Shown: positions 1 through 10,811 of the stretch, in pieces
Numbering within the stretch: the first letter of the stretch is position 1
Layout of the letters: each line of letters begins with the position of its first letter
From: Squalus acanthias
Taxonomy: Eukaryota
DNA length: 64,000 nt
NCBI GenBank assembly: GCA_030390025.1
Contig: CM059432.1
Location: 1-64,000 of the forward strand
Reading direction: 5' to 3'
Program-made: the position numbers and the translations under genes
The notes under the pieces: generated by a model
The model's input: the letters and a program-made list of their open reading frames with translations, nothing else
Database searches by the model: none
What the model was told of the DNA's origin: nothing

Positions 1-53
<53 letters not shown>

Positions 54-82
54 AGGGTTCGTGATATGTACCAATGCTTTTT

Positions 83-820
83 TTTATTTGTTCATGGGAT
101 GTGGACGTCGCTGGCAAAGCCAGCATTTATTGCTCATCCCTAATTGCCCTTGAGAAGGTGGTGGTGAGACGCCTTCTTGAACCGCTGCAGTCCATGTGGT
201 GATGGTGCTCCCACAGTGCTGTTAGGGAGGGAGTTCCAGGATTTTGACCCAGTGACGATGAAGGATAAGCCGATATACTTCCAAGTCAGGATGGTGTGTG
301 ACTTGGAGGGGAACTTGGAGGTGGTGGTGTTCTCATGCACCTGCTGCCCTTGTCCTTCCAGGTGGTAGAGGTCGCGGGTTTGGGAGGTGCTGCCGAAGAA
401 GCCTTGGCGAGTTGCTGCAGTGCATCTTGTAGATGGTACACACTGCAGCCACGGTGCGCCAGTGGTGGAGGGAGTGAATGTTTAAGGTGGTGGATGGGGT
501 GCCAATCAAGCGGGCTGCTTTGTCCTGGATGGTGTCGAGCTTCTTGAGTGTTGTTGGAGCTGCACTCATCCAGGCAAGTGGAGACAATTCCATCACACTC
601 CTTACTTGTGCCTTGTAGATGGTGGAAAGGCTTTGGGGAGAAAGGAGGTGAGACACTCGCTGCAGAATACCCAGCCTCTGACCTGCTCTTGTTGCAACAG
701 TATTTATGTGGCTGGTCCAGTTAAGTTTCTGGTCAATGGTGACCCCCAGGATGTTGATGGTGGGGGATTCGGCGATGGTAATGCCGTTGAATATCAAGGG
801 GCGGTGGTTAGACTCTGGCT
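83..820 (-). mobile_element. Non-LTR retrotransposon 3' fragment (CR1/L2-group lineage distinct from the main CR1s here), RT C-terminus and tail
   Basis: ORF 333..986 has ILGVTIDQKLNW...YKAQVRSVME RT-thumb motifs and ORF 140..340 has KSWNSLP. The A-rich tail lies at 78-90. The same family occurs at 31860-33930 and 43607-44177. Confidence 0.8.
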
Positions 821-1141
821 TGTTGCAGATAGTCAATGGGAGGAGAGTAAATGGGTGGGTAGAGTCCATGATAGGGGAGAGTGTACAGAGGGTGTGAGGG
901 GAGAGTGTACAGGGGGTGAGGGGAGAATCTTTGTGCAAGTTTTTGGTTACCCCATCTAATGTCTCCTTCTCTGGTTGGTTGTCCATTTTTCTTTGATCAC
1001 ACCTCGGAGAAATGTCCTGGGATGTTTGAATACGTTGCAGGTGCTATATAAATGCAAACTATTACGATTGTTGTTGATGGCTTTAACTGCAAGAAACGAG
1101 ACACAAGCCTTTCACTGCAGCTTCCGAGCCCGCTCACTCAC

Positions 1142-1248
1142 CACTCGGCAGCCTCCTGAAGATTGAAGATTCCAGCCTGAAGTGCAGCCTGCACCCGTCT
1201 CTCCTCAAACCCCATCTCGTAGAGAGCCAGGAAAAGGTCATTGATCGT
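1142..1248 (-). CDS. Coding exon 2 of a host gene: N-terminal UBA domain (TINDLFLALYEMGFEERRVQAALQAGIFNLQEAAEW)
   Basis: Minus-strand acceptor ttttgacAG at 1250-1249 and donor GTGAGT at 1141-1136. The exon is 107 nt and open. It has the UBA signature L..MGF.......AL......A.EW and is in phase with the exon at 4206-4189. Confidence 0.8.
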
Positions 1249-1419
1249 CTGTCAAAACACAACCCACAATATCAGATGTTAAAACAGCTTTGATCTTACA
1301 ATGCTGTGCTAGCATTTTTCCCCAAGTTGTTTCTCCTCTTTCTCCACATCCCCCACAGAGCCAGGATGAACGAGGAAATCACGGCCACAGTCTGCAACCA
1401 GACCCCAGTCGGAACAGTA

Positions 1420-2375
1420 GAGGGCACTTTGATGGGGCAGTGCAGAGGGGACTTTACTCTGTATCCAACCCGGGCTGTACCTGACCTGGGAGTGTTTGAT
1501 GGGACAGTGTAGAGGGAGCTTTACTCTGTATCTAACCCCGTGCTGTACTTGTCCTGGGAGTGTTTGATGGGACAGTGTAGAGGGAGCTTTACTCTGTATC
1601 TAACCCGTGCTGTACCTGTCCTGGGAGTGTTTGATGGGACAGTGTAGAGGGAGCTTTACTCTGTATCTAACCCGTGCTGTACCTGCCCTGGGAGTGTTTG
1701 ATGGGACAGTGTAGAGGGAGCTTTACTCTGTATCTAACCCGTGCTGTACCTGCCCTGGGAGTGTTTGATGGGACAGTGTAGAGGGAGCTTTACTCTGTAT
1801 CTAACCCGTGCTGTACCTGCCCTGGGAGTGTTTGATGGGACAGTGTAGAGGGAGCTTTACTCTGTATCTAACCCGTGCTGTACCTGCCCTGGGAGTGTTT
1901 GATGGGACAGTGTAGAGGGAGCTTTACTCTGTATCTAACCCGTGCTGTACCTGCCCTGGGAGTGTTTGATGGGGCAGTGTAGAGGGAGCTTTACTCTGTA
2001 TCTAACCCGTGCTGTACCTGCCCTGGGAGTGTTTGATGGGACAGTGTAGAGGGAGCTTTACTCTGTATCTAACCCGTGCTGTACCTGCCCTGGGAGTGTT
2101 TGATGGGACAGTGCAGAGGGACCTTTACTCTGTATCTAACCCGTGCTGTACCTGCCCTGGGAGTGTTTGATGGGACAGTGTAGAGGGAGCTTTACTCTGT
2201 ATCTAACCCGTGCTGTACCTGCCCTGGGAGTGTTTGATGGGACAGTGTAGAGGGAGCTTTACTCTGTATCTAACCCGTGCTGTACCTGCCCTGGGAGTGT
2301 TTGATGGGACAGTGTAGAGGGAGCTTTACTCTGTATCTAACCCGTGCTGTACCTGCCCTGGGAGTGTTTGATGGA
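1420..2375. repeat. 67-bp minisatellite, about 14 copies (tgtttgatgggacagtgtagagggagctttactctgtatctaacccgtgctgtacctgccctgggag)
   Basis: Direct tandem repeat. A further partial unit resumes at 3763-3810, after the Penelope insertion. Confidence 0.95.
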
Positions 2376-3762
2376 CAAAATTGAGAGGTCGCACAACACC
2401 AGGTTATAGTCCAACAGTTTTATTTGAAATCACAAGCTTTCGGAACTATCGCTCCTTCCTCAGGTGAAGTAAATTGGATACAGAATCGTCAGAGCATATA
2501 TAGATGGAAAAAAAAGCATGTGTACTTTACAATTGCAGACCAATAAATTAAATCATCCTGACTATCTGCCGAGGTGTGATAAAGTTAATTAAGTCAGCCA
2601 GGAAGGTACCACATCAAAAGACATAGCAAGATACAACTGAGACAATGAGGTGAAGTCGCAGGGGTTCTAACGTGTCAAAAGCTGCCGTCTGTATGTAAAA
2701 CGAAAAGCTTTAAAAAAAAAATTTACTTTTTTACTGGGAAAATTTTTACTTTTTTACTGGGAATCACATCTGTGAACAAGCTAACGACGACTCGAGTCCG
2801 GATCACGTCATGTATCGTGACATAAACCCAAGATCCCGATTGAGACCGTCTTCATGAGTGCAGAACTTGGCTATCAGTTTCTGCTCGATGATTTTGCGTT
2901 GTCGTGTGTTTCTAAGGTTGCCTTGGAGAACGCTTACCCGCAGATCCGAGGCTGAATGTCCTTGACTGCTGAAGTGTTCCCCGACTGGGAGGTAACAATC
3001 CTGCCTGGCGATTGTTGCGCGGTGCTCGTTCATACGTTGTCTCAGTGTCTGCATGGTCTCGCCGATGTACCATGCCGCGGTGCATTCTTTCCTGCAACGT
3101 ATGAGGTAGACAACGTTGGCCGAGTCACATGAGTATGTACCATGTACCTGGTGGGTAGTGTCCTCACGTGTGATGGTGGTATCTGTGTTGATGATCTGGC
3201 ATGTCTTGCAGAGTTTGCCATGGCAGGGTTGTGTGGTGTCGTGGTCGCTGTTATCCTGAAAGCTGGGTAATTTGCTGCGAACGATGGTACTTCTGAGGTT
3301 AGGCGGCTGTTTGAAGGCAAGTAGTGGAGGCGTGGGGATGGCCTTAGCGAGGTGTTTGTCGTCATCGATGACATGTTGAAGGCTGCGAAGAACATGTCGT
3401 AGTTTCTCCGCTCCGGGGAAGTACTGGACGACGTAGGGTACCCTGTTGGTTGTGTCCCGTGTTTGCCTTCTGAGGAGGTCTATGCGATTTTTCGCTGTGG
3501 CCCGTCGGAACTGTCGATCGATGAGTCGAGCGTCATATCCCGTTCTTACGAGGGCGTTTTTCAGCGTCCGTAGGTGTCCATCGCGTTCCTCCTCGTCTGA
3601 GCAGATCCTGTGTATTCGCAGGGCTTGTCCATAGGGGATGGCTTCTTTAACATGGTTAGGGTGGAAGCTGGAGAAGTGGAGCATCGTGAGGTTGTCCGTG
3701 GGCTTGCGGTAGAGTGAAGTGCTGAGGTGTCCGTCTTTGATGGAGATTCGTGTGTCCAGGAA
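2376..3762 (-). mobile_element. Penelope-like element (PLE), 5'-truncated: RT C-terminus, GIY-YIG endonuclease and 3' pseudo-LTR
   Basis: ORF 2803..3684 has PYGQALRI (PLE RT thumb), CxxxxCxxC, NVVYLIRC...WYIGET...R...H (GIY-YIG) and GLN. AATAAA lies at 2424-2419. Confidence 0.9.
2430..2467 (-). ncRNA. Minimal type-I hammerhead ribozyme in the Penelope pseudo-LTR
   Basis: Minus strand reads TCAC-CTGAGGA-A-GGAGC-GATA-GTTCC-GAAAGCTT-GTGA. This gives the CUGANGA and GAAA cores, stem II GGAGC/GUUCC, stem I UCAC/GUGA and palindromic AAGCUU in place of stem III. Confidence 0.75.
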
Positions 3763-4139
3763 TGATGGGACAGTGTAGAGGGAGCTTTACTCTGTATCTA
3801 ACCCTGTGCTACAACTGCATAACTTGTTCATGCTCCTTAATCATTTCAATCAGAATTTAATTGTTATGCAAAGTAATTAAAAATGTAAACAATAAATGAC
3901 AGGTAGGAGCCATTTCTGATGCAGTAAAAGCAGGTTAGCGAGGATTCTGAGCAATAGGTTTGTTTTGAGCAGCAGCTGCCTGACTGTGGGAGAGCCCAGA
4001 GCCTGACTGCTCACCGGCCCTGCTCCAGCTCTCTCACCCCGCATCGACAAGTCAAAGCTTCAATAAACCCGGGCTCAGAAATCAGTCAAAACTGAACAAG
4101 GACAAAACACAAGCTTGGAGATTGTAGTGAGGGGTTGGG

Positions 4140-4325
4140 GTCAGGGGTCAGGGTCCGCGGCCTAGCTCCGGGCTCCGCGCTCACTCACCGCCGGGCCGCT
4201 CTCCATCGCGCCGCTCCGCTGTCGTCACCGACGCTGAGTGTCGGCCCGCGGACTCTCCACCCGGCTCCACCGCACTAGGCCCAGACCACAACCACAACCA
4301 CAACCCGGCACAGCCCGCCGCTCCT
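4140..4325 (-). promoter_or_regulatory. CpG-rich first-exon/promoter patch of the UBA-domain gene
   Basis: Local high CpG density around the start codon, directly abutting a GC-box-rich array. Confidence 0.55.
4189..4206 (-). CDS. Coding exon 1 (MESGPA) of the UBA-domain gene
   Basis: gcgATGG Kozak context at 4206, 18 nt coding, then a GTGAGT donor at 4188-4183. It sits in a CpG-rich patch and joins the exon at 1248 in phase 0. Confidence 0.7.
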
Positions 4326-7300
4326 CACACACTGACCCCGCCCCCGCACACTAACCCCGCCCCCCGCCCCGTCACTCACACTGACCCCGCCCCCGCACAC
4401 TAACCCCGCCCCCCGCCCCCGCCACTCACACTCACCCCGCCCCCCGCCCCGTCACTCACACTGACCCCGCCCCCGCACACTAACCCCGCCCCCCGACCCC
4501 GCCACTCACACTGACCCCGCCCCCGTCACTCACACTGACCCCGCCCCCGCCCCGTCACTCACACTGACCCCGCCCCCGCCACTCACACTGACCCCGCCCC
4601 CGCTCCTCACACACTGACCCCGCCCCCGCCACTCACACTGACCCCGCCCCCGCACACTAACCCCGCCCCCCGCCCCCGCCACTCACACTGACCCCCGCCC
4701 CCGCCACTCACACTGACCCCGCCCCCGCACACTAACCCCGCCCCCCGCCCCCGCCACTCACACTGACCCCGCCCCCGCCACTCACACTGACCCCGCCCCC
4801 GCACACTAACCCCGCCCCCCGCCCCCGCCACTCACACTGACCCCGCCCCCGCACACTAACCCCGCCCCCCGCCCCCGCCACTCACACTGACCCCGCCCCC
4901 GCCACTCACACTGACCCCGCCCCCGCACACTAACCCCGCCCCCCCGACCCCGCCACTCACACTGACCCCGCCCCCGCACACTAACCCCGCCCCCGCCACT
5001 CACACTGACCCCGCCCCCCGCCACTCACACTGACCCCGCCCCCCGCACACTAACCCCGCCCCCCGCCCCCGCCACTCACACTGACCCCGCCCCCGCCACT
5101 CACACTGACCCCGCCCCCGCACACTAACCCCGCCCCCCGCCCCCGCCACTCACACTGACCCCGCCCCCGCACACTAACCCCGCCCCCCGCCCCCGCCACT
5201 CACACTGACCCCGCCCCCGCCACTCACACTGACCCCGCCCCCGCACACTAACCCCGCCCCCCGCCCCCGTCACTCACACACTGACCCCGCCCCCGCACAC
5301 TAACCCCGCCCCCCGCCCCCGTCACTCACACACTGACCCCGCCCCCCGCCCCCGTCACTCACACACTGACCCCGCCCCCGCACACTAACCCCGCCCCCCG
5401 CCCCCGTCACTCACACACTGACCCCGCCCCCGCACACTAACCCCGCCCCCCCGCCCCCGTCACTCACACACTGACCCCGCCCCCCGCCCCCGTCACTCAC
5501 ACACTGACCCCGCCCCCGCACACTAACCCCGCCCCCGCCCCCGCCACTCACACTGACCCCGCCCCCGCACACTAACCCCGCCCCCCGCCCCGTCACTCAC
5601 ACTGACCCCGCCCCCGCACACTAACCCCGCCCCCCGCCCCGTCACTCACACTGACCCCGCCCCCGCACACTAACCCCGCCCCCCGCCCCCGCCACTCACA
5701 CTGACCCCGCCCCCGCACACTAACCCCGCCCCCCGCCCCGTCACTCACACTGACCCCGCCCCCGCACACTGACCCCGCCCCCACCCCCGCAACTCACACT
5801 GACCCCGCCCCCCATCACTCACACACTGACCCCCGCCCCCCATCACTCACACACTAACCCCGCCCCCCGCCCCCGCCACTCACACTGACCCCGCCCCCCG
5901 CCCCCGCCACTCACACTGACCCCGCCCCCGTCACTCACACACTGACCCCGCCCCCCGCCACTCACACTAACCCCGCCCCCCGCCCCCGCCCCTCACACTG
6001 ACCCCGCCCCCGCACACTAACCCCGCCCCCGCCACTCACACACTGACCCCGCCCCCGCCCCCGTCACTCACACTGACCCCGCCCCCGCCACTCACACTGA
6101 CCCCGCCCCCGCACACTAACCCCGCCCCCCGCCCCCGCCACTCACACTGACCCCGCCCCCGCACACTAACCCCGCCCCCCGCCCCCGCCACTCACACTAA
6201 CCCCGCCCCCGCCACTCACACTGACCCCGCCCCCGCACACTAACCCCGCCCCCCGCCCCCGCCACTCACACTGACCCCGCCCCCGCACACTAACCCCGCC
6301 CCCCGCCCCCGCCACTCACACACTGACCCCGCCCCCCGCCACTCACACTGACCCCGCCCCCGCACACTAACCCCGCCCCCCGCCCCCGCCACTCACACTG
6401 ACCCCGCCCCCGCACACTAACCCCGCCCCCCGCCCCCGCCACTCACACTGACCCCGCCCCCGCACACTAACCCCGCCCCCCGCCCCCGCCACTCACACTG
6501 ACCCCGCCCCCGCACACTAACCCCGCCCCCCGCCCCCGCCACTCACACTGACCCCGCCCCCGCACACTAACCCCGCCCCCCGCCCCCGCCACTCACACTG
6601 ACCCCGCCCCCGCCACTCACACTGACCCCGCCCCCGCACACTAACCCCGCCCCCCCGCCCCCGCCACTCACACTGACCCCGCCCCCGCACACTAACCCCG
6701 CCCCCCGACCCCGCCACTCACACTGACCCCGCCCCCGCCCCGTCACTCACACTGACCCCGCCCCCCGCCCCCGCCACTCACACTGACCCCGCCCCCGCCA
6801 CTCACACTGACCCCGCCCCCGCACACTAACCCCGCCCCCGCCACTCACACTGACCCCGCCCCCGCACACTGACCCCGCCCCCGCACACTGACCCCGCCCC
6901 CCCGTAACTCACACTGACCCCGCCCCCCGCCCCCCGTCACTCACACACTGACCCCGCCCCCCGTCACTCACACACTGACCCCGCCCCCCGCACACTAACC
7001 CCGCCCCCGCCACTCACACTGACCCCGCCCCCCGCACACTAACCCCGCCCCCGCCACTCACACTGACCCCGCCCCCGCCACTCACACACTGACCCCGCCC
7101 CCCCGCCCCCCCGCCACTCACACTGACCCCGCCCCCCGCCCCCCGCCACTCACACTGACCCCACCCCCGCCACTCACACTGACCCCCGCCCCCCGCCACT
7201 CACACACTGACCCCGCCCCCCGCCCCCCCGCCACTCACACACTGACCCCCGCCCCCCGCCCCCCCGCCACTCACACACTGACCCCGCCCCCCGCCCCCGT

Positions 7301-8425
7301 CACTCACACTGACCCCGCCCCCGCCACTCACACTGACCCCGCCCCCGCCACTCACACTGACCCCGCCCCCGCCACTCACACACTGACCCCGCCCCCGCCA
7401 CTCACACACTGACCCCGCCCCCCGCCCCCCGCCACTCACACTGACCCCGCCCCCCGCCACTCACACTGACCCCACCCCCGTCACTCACACTGACCCCGCC
7501 CCCGCCACTCACACTGACCCCGCCCCCGCCACTCACACTGACCCCGCCCCCGCCACTCACACACTGACCCCGCCCCCCGCCACTCACACACTGACCCCGC
7601 CCCCCCGCCCCCCGTCACTCACACACTGACCCCGCCCCCGCCACTCACACTGACCCCGCCCCCGCCACTCACACTGACCCCGCCCCGTCACTCACACTGA
7701 CCCCGCCCCCCGCCACTCACACACTGACCCCGCCCCCCGCCCCTGCCACTCACACACTGACCCCGCCCCCGCCACTCACACTGACACCGCCCCCGCCACT
7801 CACACACTGACCCCGCCCCCCGCCCCCGCCACTCACACACTGACCCCTCCCCCCGCCCCCGCCACTCACACACTGACCCCGCCCCCCGCCCCCGCCACTC
7901 ACACACTGACCCCGACCCCGCCACTCACACACTGACCCCTCCCCCCGCCCCCGCCACTCACACACTGACCCCGCCCCCGTCACTCACACACTAAACCCGC
8001 CTCCAGGCCCCCGTCACTCACACACTGACCCCGCCCCCCGCCCCGTCACTCACACACTGACCCCGCCCCCCGCCCGTCACTCACACACTGACCCCGCCCC
8101 CCGCCCCGTCACTCACACTGACCCCGCCCACCGCTCCTCACACACTAACCCCGCCCCCCGTCACTCACACACTAACCCCGCCCCGTCACTCACACACTAA
8201 CCCCGCCCCCCGCCACTCACACACTAACCCCGCCCCCGCCCCCGTCACTCACACACTAACCCCGCCCCCCGTCACTCACACACTAACCCCGCCCCCGTCA
8301 CTCACACAGGCCCCGCCCCGTCACTCACACACTGACCCCGCCCCTGTCACTCACACACTGGCCCCGCCCCCGTCACTCACACACTGACCCCGCCCCCGTC
8401 ACTCACACACTGACCCCGCCCCCCC
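4315..8425. repeat. C-rich minisatellite, left part (variants of cactcacactgaccccgccccc / cacactaaccccgccccc)
   Basis: Tandem 18-32 bp variant units with strong C/G strand skew. Confidence 0.95.
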
Positions 8426-8901
8426 AGTCATAGAATCATAGAAAGTTACAGCACGGAAGGAGGCCATTTCGGCCCATCGTGTCGCGCCGGCCAACAAAGA
8501 GCTGTCCAGCCTAATCCCACTTCCCAGCTTTTGGTCCGTAGCCCTGCAGGTTACAGCATCCCAAGTGCACATCCAAGTACTTTTTAAATGTGGTTAGGGT
8601 TCCTGTCTCTACCACCCTTTCAGGCAGTGAGTTCCAGACCCCCACCACCCTCTTGGTGAAGAAATTTCCCCTCAAATCCCCTCTAAACCTTCCACCAATT
8701 ACTTTAAATCTGTACCCCCTGGTTTTTGACCCGTCTGCTAAGGGAAATAGGTCCTTTCTATCCACTTTATCTAGGCCCCTCATAATTTTATACACCTCAA
8801 TAAGGTCTCCCCTCAGCCTCCTATGTTCCAAGGAAAACAGACCCAGCCTATCCAGTCTTTCCTCATAGCTAAGATTCTCTACTCCCGGCAACATCCTTGT
8901 A

Positions 8902-10811
8902 GCTAATGTTACCCCACTATTCAAAAAAGGTGGCAGAGAGAAAACGGGGAATTATAGACCGGTTAGCCTGACATCGGTAGTGGGGAAAATGCTAGAGTCC
9001 ATTATAAAAGATGTAATAGCAGAGCACTTGGAAAACAGTGACAGGATCGGATAAGTCAACATGGATTTACAAAAGGTAAATCGTACTTGACTAATCTACT
9101 GGAATTTTTTGAGGATGTAACTGGTAAAATAGATAAGGGAGAACCAGTGGATGTGGTGTAGATGGACTTTCAAAAGGCTTTCGATAAGGTCCCGCATAAG
9201 AGATTAGCGTGTAAAGTTAAGGCACATGGGATTGGGGGCAAGGTATTGACTTGGATAGAGAACTGGTTGGCAGACAGAAAGCAAAGAGTTGGAATAAACG
9301 GGTCTTTTTCCGAGTGGCAGGCAGTGACTAGTGGGGTACCGCAGGGATCGGTGCTAGGACCCCAGTTATTCACAATATATATTAATGATCTAGACGAGGG
9401 AACTAGATGTGATATCTCCAAGTTTGCAGATGACACAAAGCTGGGTGGGCGTGTGTGCTGTGAGGAGGATGCCGAGAAACACGGCAACACGGTGGCATAG
9501 TGGTTAGCACTGGTGTCTCACAGCGCCAGGGACCCGGGTTCGAATCTGACCTCGGGTGACTGTCTGTGTGGAGTTTGCACATTCTCCCCGTGTCTGCGTG
9601 GGTTTCCTCCGGGTGCTCCGGTTTCCTCCCACAGTCCAAAAATGTGCGGGTTAGGTTGATTTGGCTATGATAAATTGACCCTTAGTGTTAGGGGGGGATT
9701 AAATATGTGGGGTTATGGGGATAGGATGGGATATGTTAGGGGGAATTAAATACGTGGGGTTATGGGGGTAGGGTGGGATATGTGTACTGTGGGGATTAAA
9801 GCAGGGACAGGGTACTGGATTTGGATGATCAGCCATGATCGTATTGAATGGTGGAGCAGGCTCGACGGGCCGAATGGCCTACTCCTGCTCCTAGATTCTA
9901 TGATTCTATGTTTCTATGTTTCTATGTAAACTACAGGATGATTTGGACAGGTTGGGTGACTGGGCAGAAGCATGGCAGATGCAATATAACGTGGATAAAT
10001 GCGAGGTTATCCACTTTGGTGTCAAAAACAGGAAGGCAGATTATTATCTGAATGGCAATAGATTGGGAGAAGGGGAAGTGCAACGAGACCTGGGTGTCCT
10101 TGTGCACCAGTCGCTGAAAGTAAGAATGCAGGTGCAACAGGCGGTTAAGAAGGCAAATGGTATGTTGGCCTTCGTAGCGAGAGGGTTTGAGTACAGGAAC
10201 AAGGATGTCTTGCTGCAGTTGTACAGGGCCTTGGTGAGACCACATCTTGAGTATTGTGTGCAGTTTTGGTCGCCTTATCTGAGGAAGGAGGTTCTTGCCA
10301 TGGAAAGAGTTCAGCGAAGATTCACCAGGCTGATACCTGGGATGGCAGGAATGACGTATGAGGAGAGATTGGGTCGATTGGGCTTATACTCGCTGGAGTT
10401 TAGAAGAATGAGAGGGGATCTCATTGAAACTTATAAAATTCTGACAGGACTGGACAGACTAGATGCAGGAAGTATGTTCCCGATGGTCGGGGAGTCCAGA
10501 ACCAGGGGTCACAGTCTAAGGATAAGGGGTAAGCCATTTAGGACAGAAATGAGGAGGAATTTCTTCACCCAGAGAGTGGTGAACCTGTGGAATTCTCTAC
10601 CACAGAAGGCAGTAGAGGCCAATTCATTAAATATATTCAAGAAGGAGTTGGATATATTTCTTAAGGCTAAAGGGATCAAGGGATATGGGGAGAAAGCAGG
10701 GACAGGGTTCTGAATTTGGATGATCAGCCATGATCGCATTGAATGGCGGAGCAGGCTAGAGGGGCCGAATGGCCTACTCCTGCTCCTATCTTCTATGTTT
10801 CTATGTTTCTA
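8902..10811 (+). mobile_element. CR1 LINE 'B', 5'-truncated, inserted in CR1-A
   Basis: RT ORFs 9162..9500 and 9916..10713. The 3' hairpin is followed by a (TTCTATGT)n tail, and TGTA occurs at both junctions. Confidence 0.9.
9481..9927 (+). mobile_element. HE1-type V-SINE (tRNA-derived head, V domain, CR1-derived tail)
   Basis: A box TGGCATAGTGG, B box GGTTCGAATC and V core gtgtggagtttgcacattctccccgtgtctgcgtgggtttcctccggg. The tail is shared with CR1. AAAC TSD lies at 9477-9480 and 9928-9931. Confidence 0.85.

Noticed and set aside
1..49. Poly-C run at the window start
   Set aside because: It is a homopolymer truncated by the window edge. It could be a simple repeat or a sequencing/assembly artefact, and nothing supports a function.
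1420..2375. CRISPR-like regular repeats (also 52511-53845)
   Set aside because: The units are head-to-tail with no unique spacers, no cas genes are present, and the context is vertebrate.
4607..7983. Gly/Arg/Cys-rich ORFs here and at 25275-29169
   Set aside because: They are translations of the C-rich minisatellite, with no real start context or domain.
4131..8300. Interstitial telomere (GGGTTA/GGGTCA hexamers)
   Set aside because: The hexamers are isolated within longer units and never form (TTAGGG)n runs.
9481..9560. Possible tRNA gene (also 52405 and 63051)
   Set aside because: The A/B boxes run into SINE bodies, and no full cloverleaf or terminator is present.
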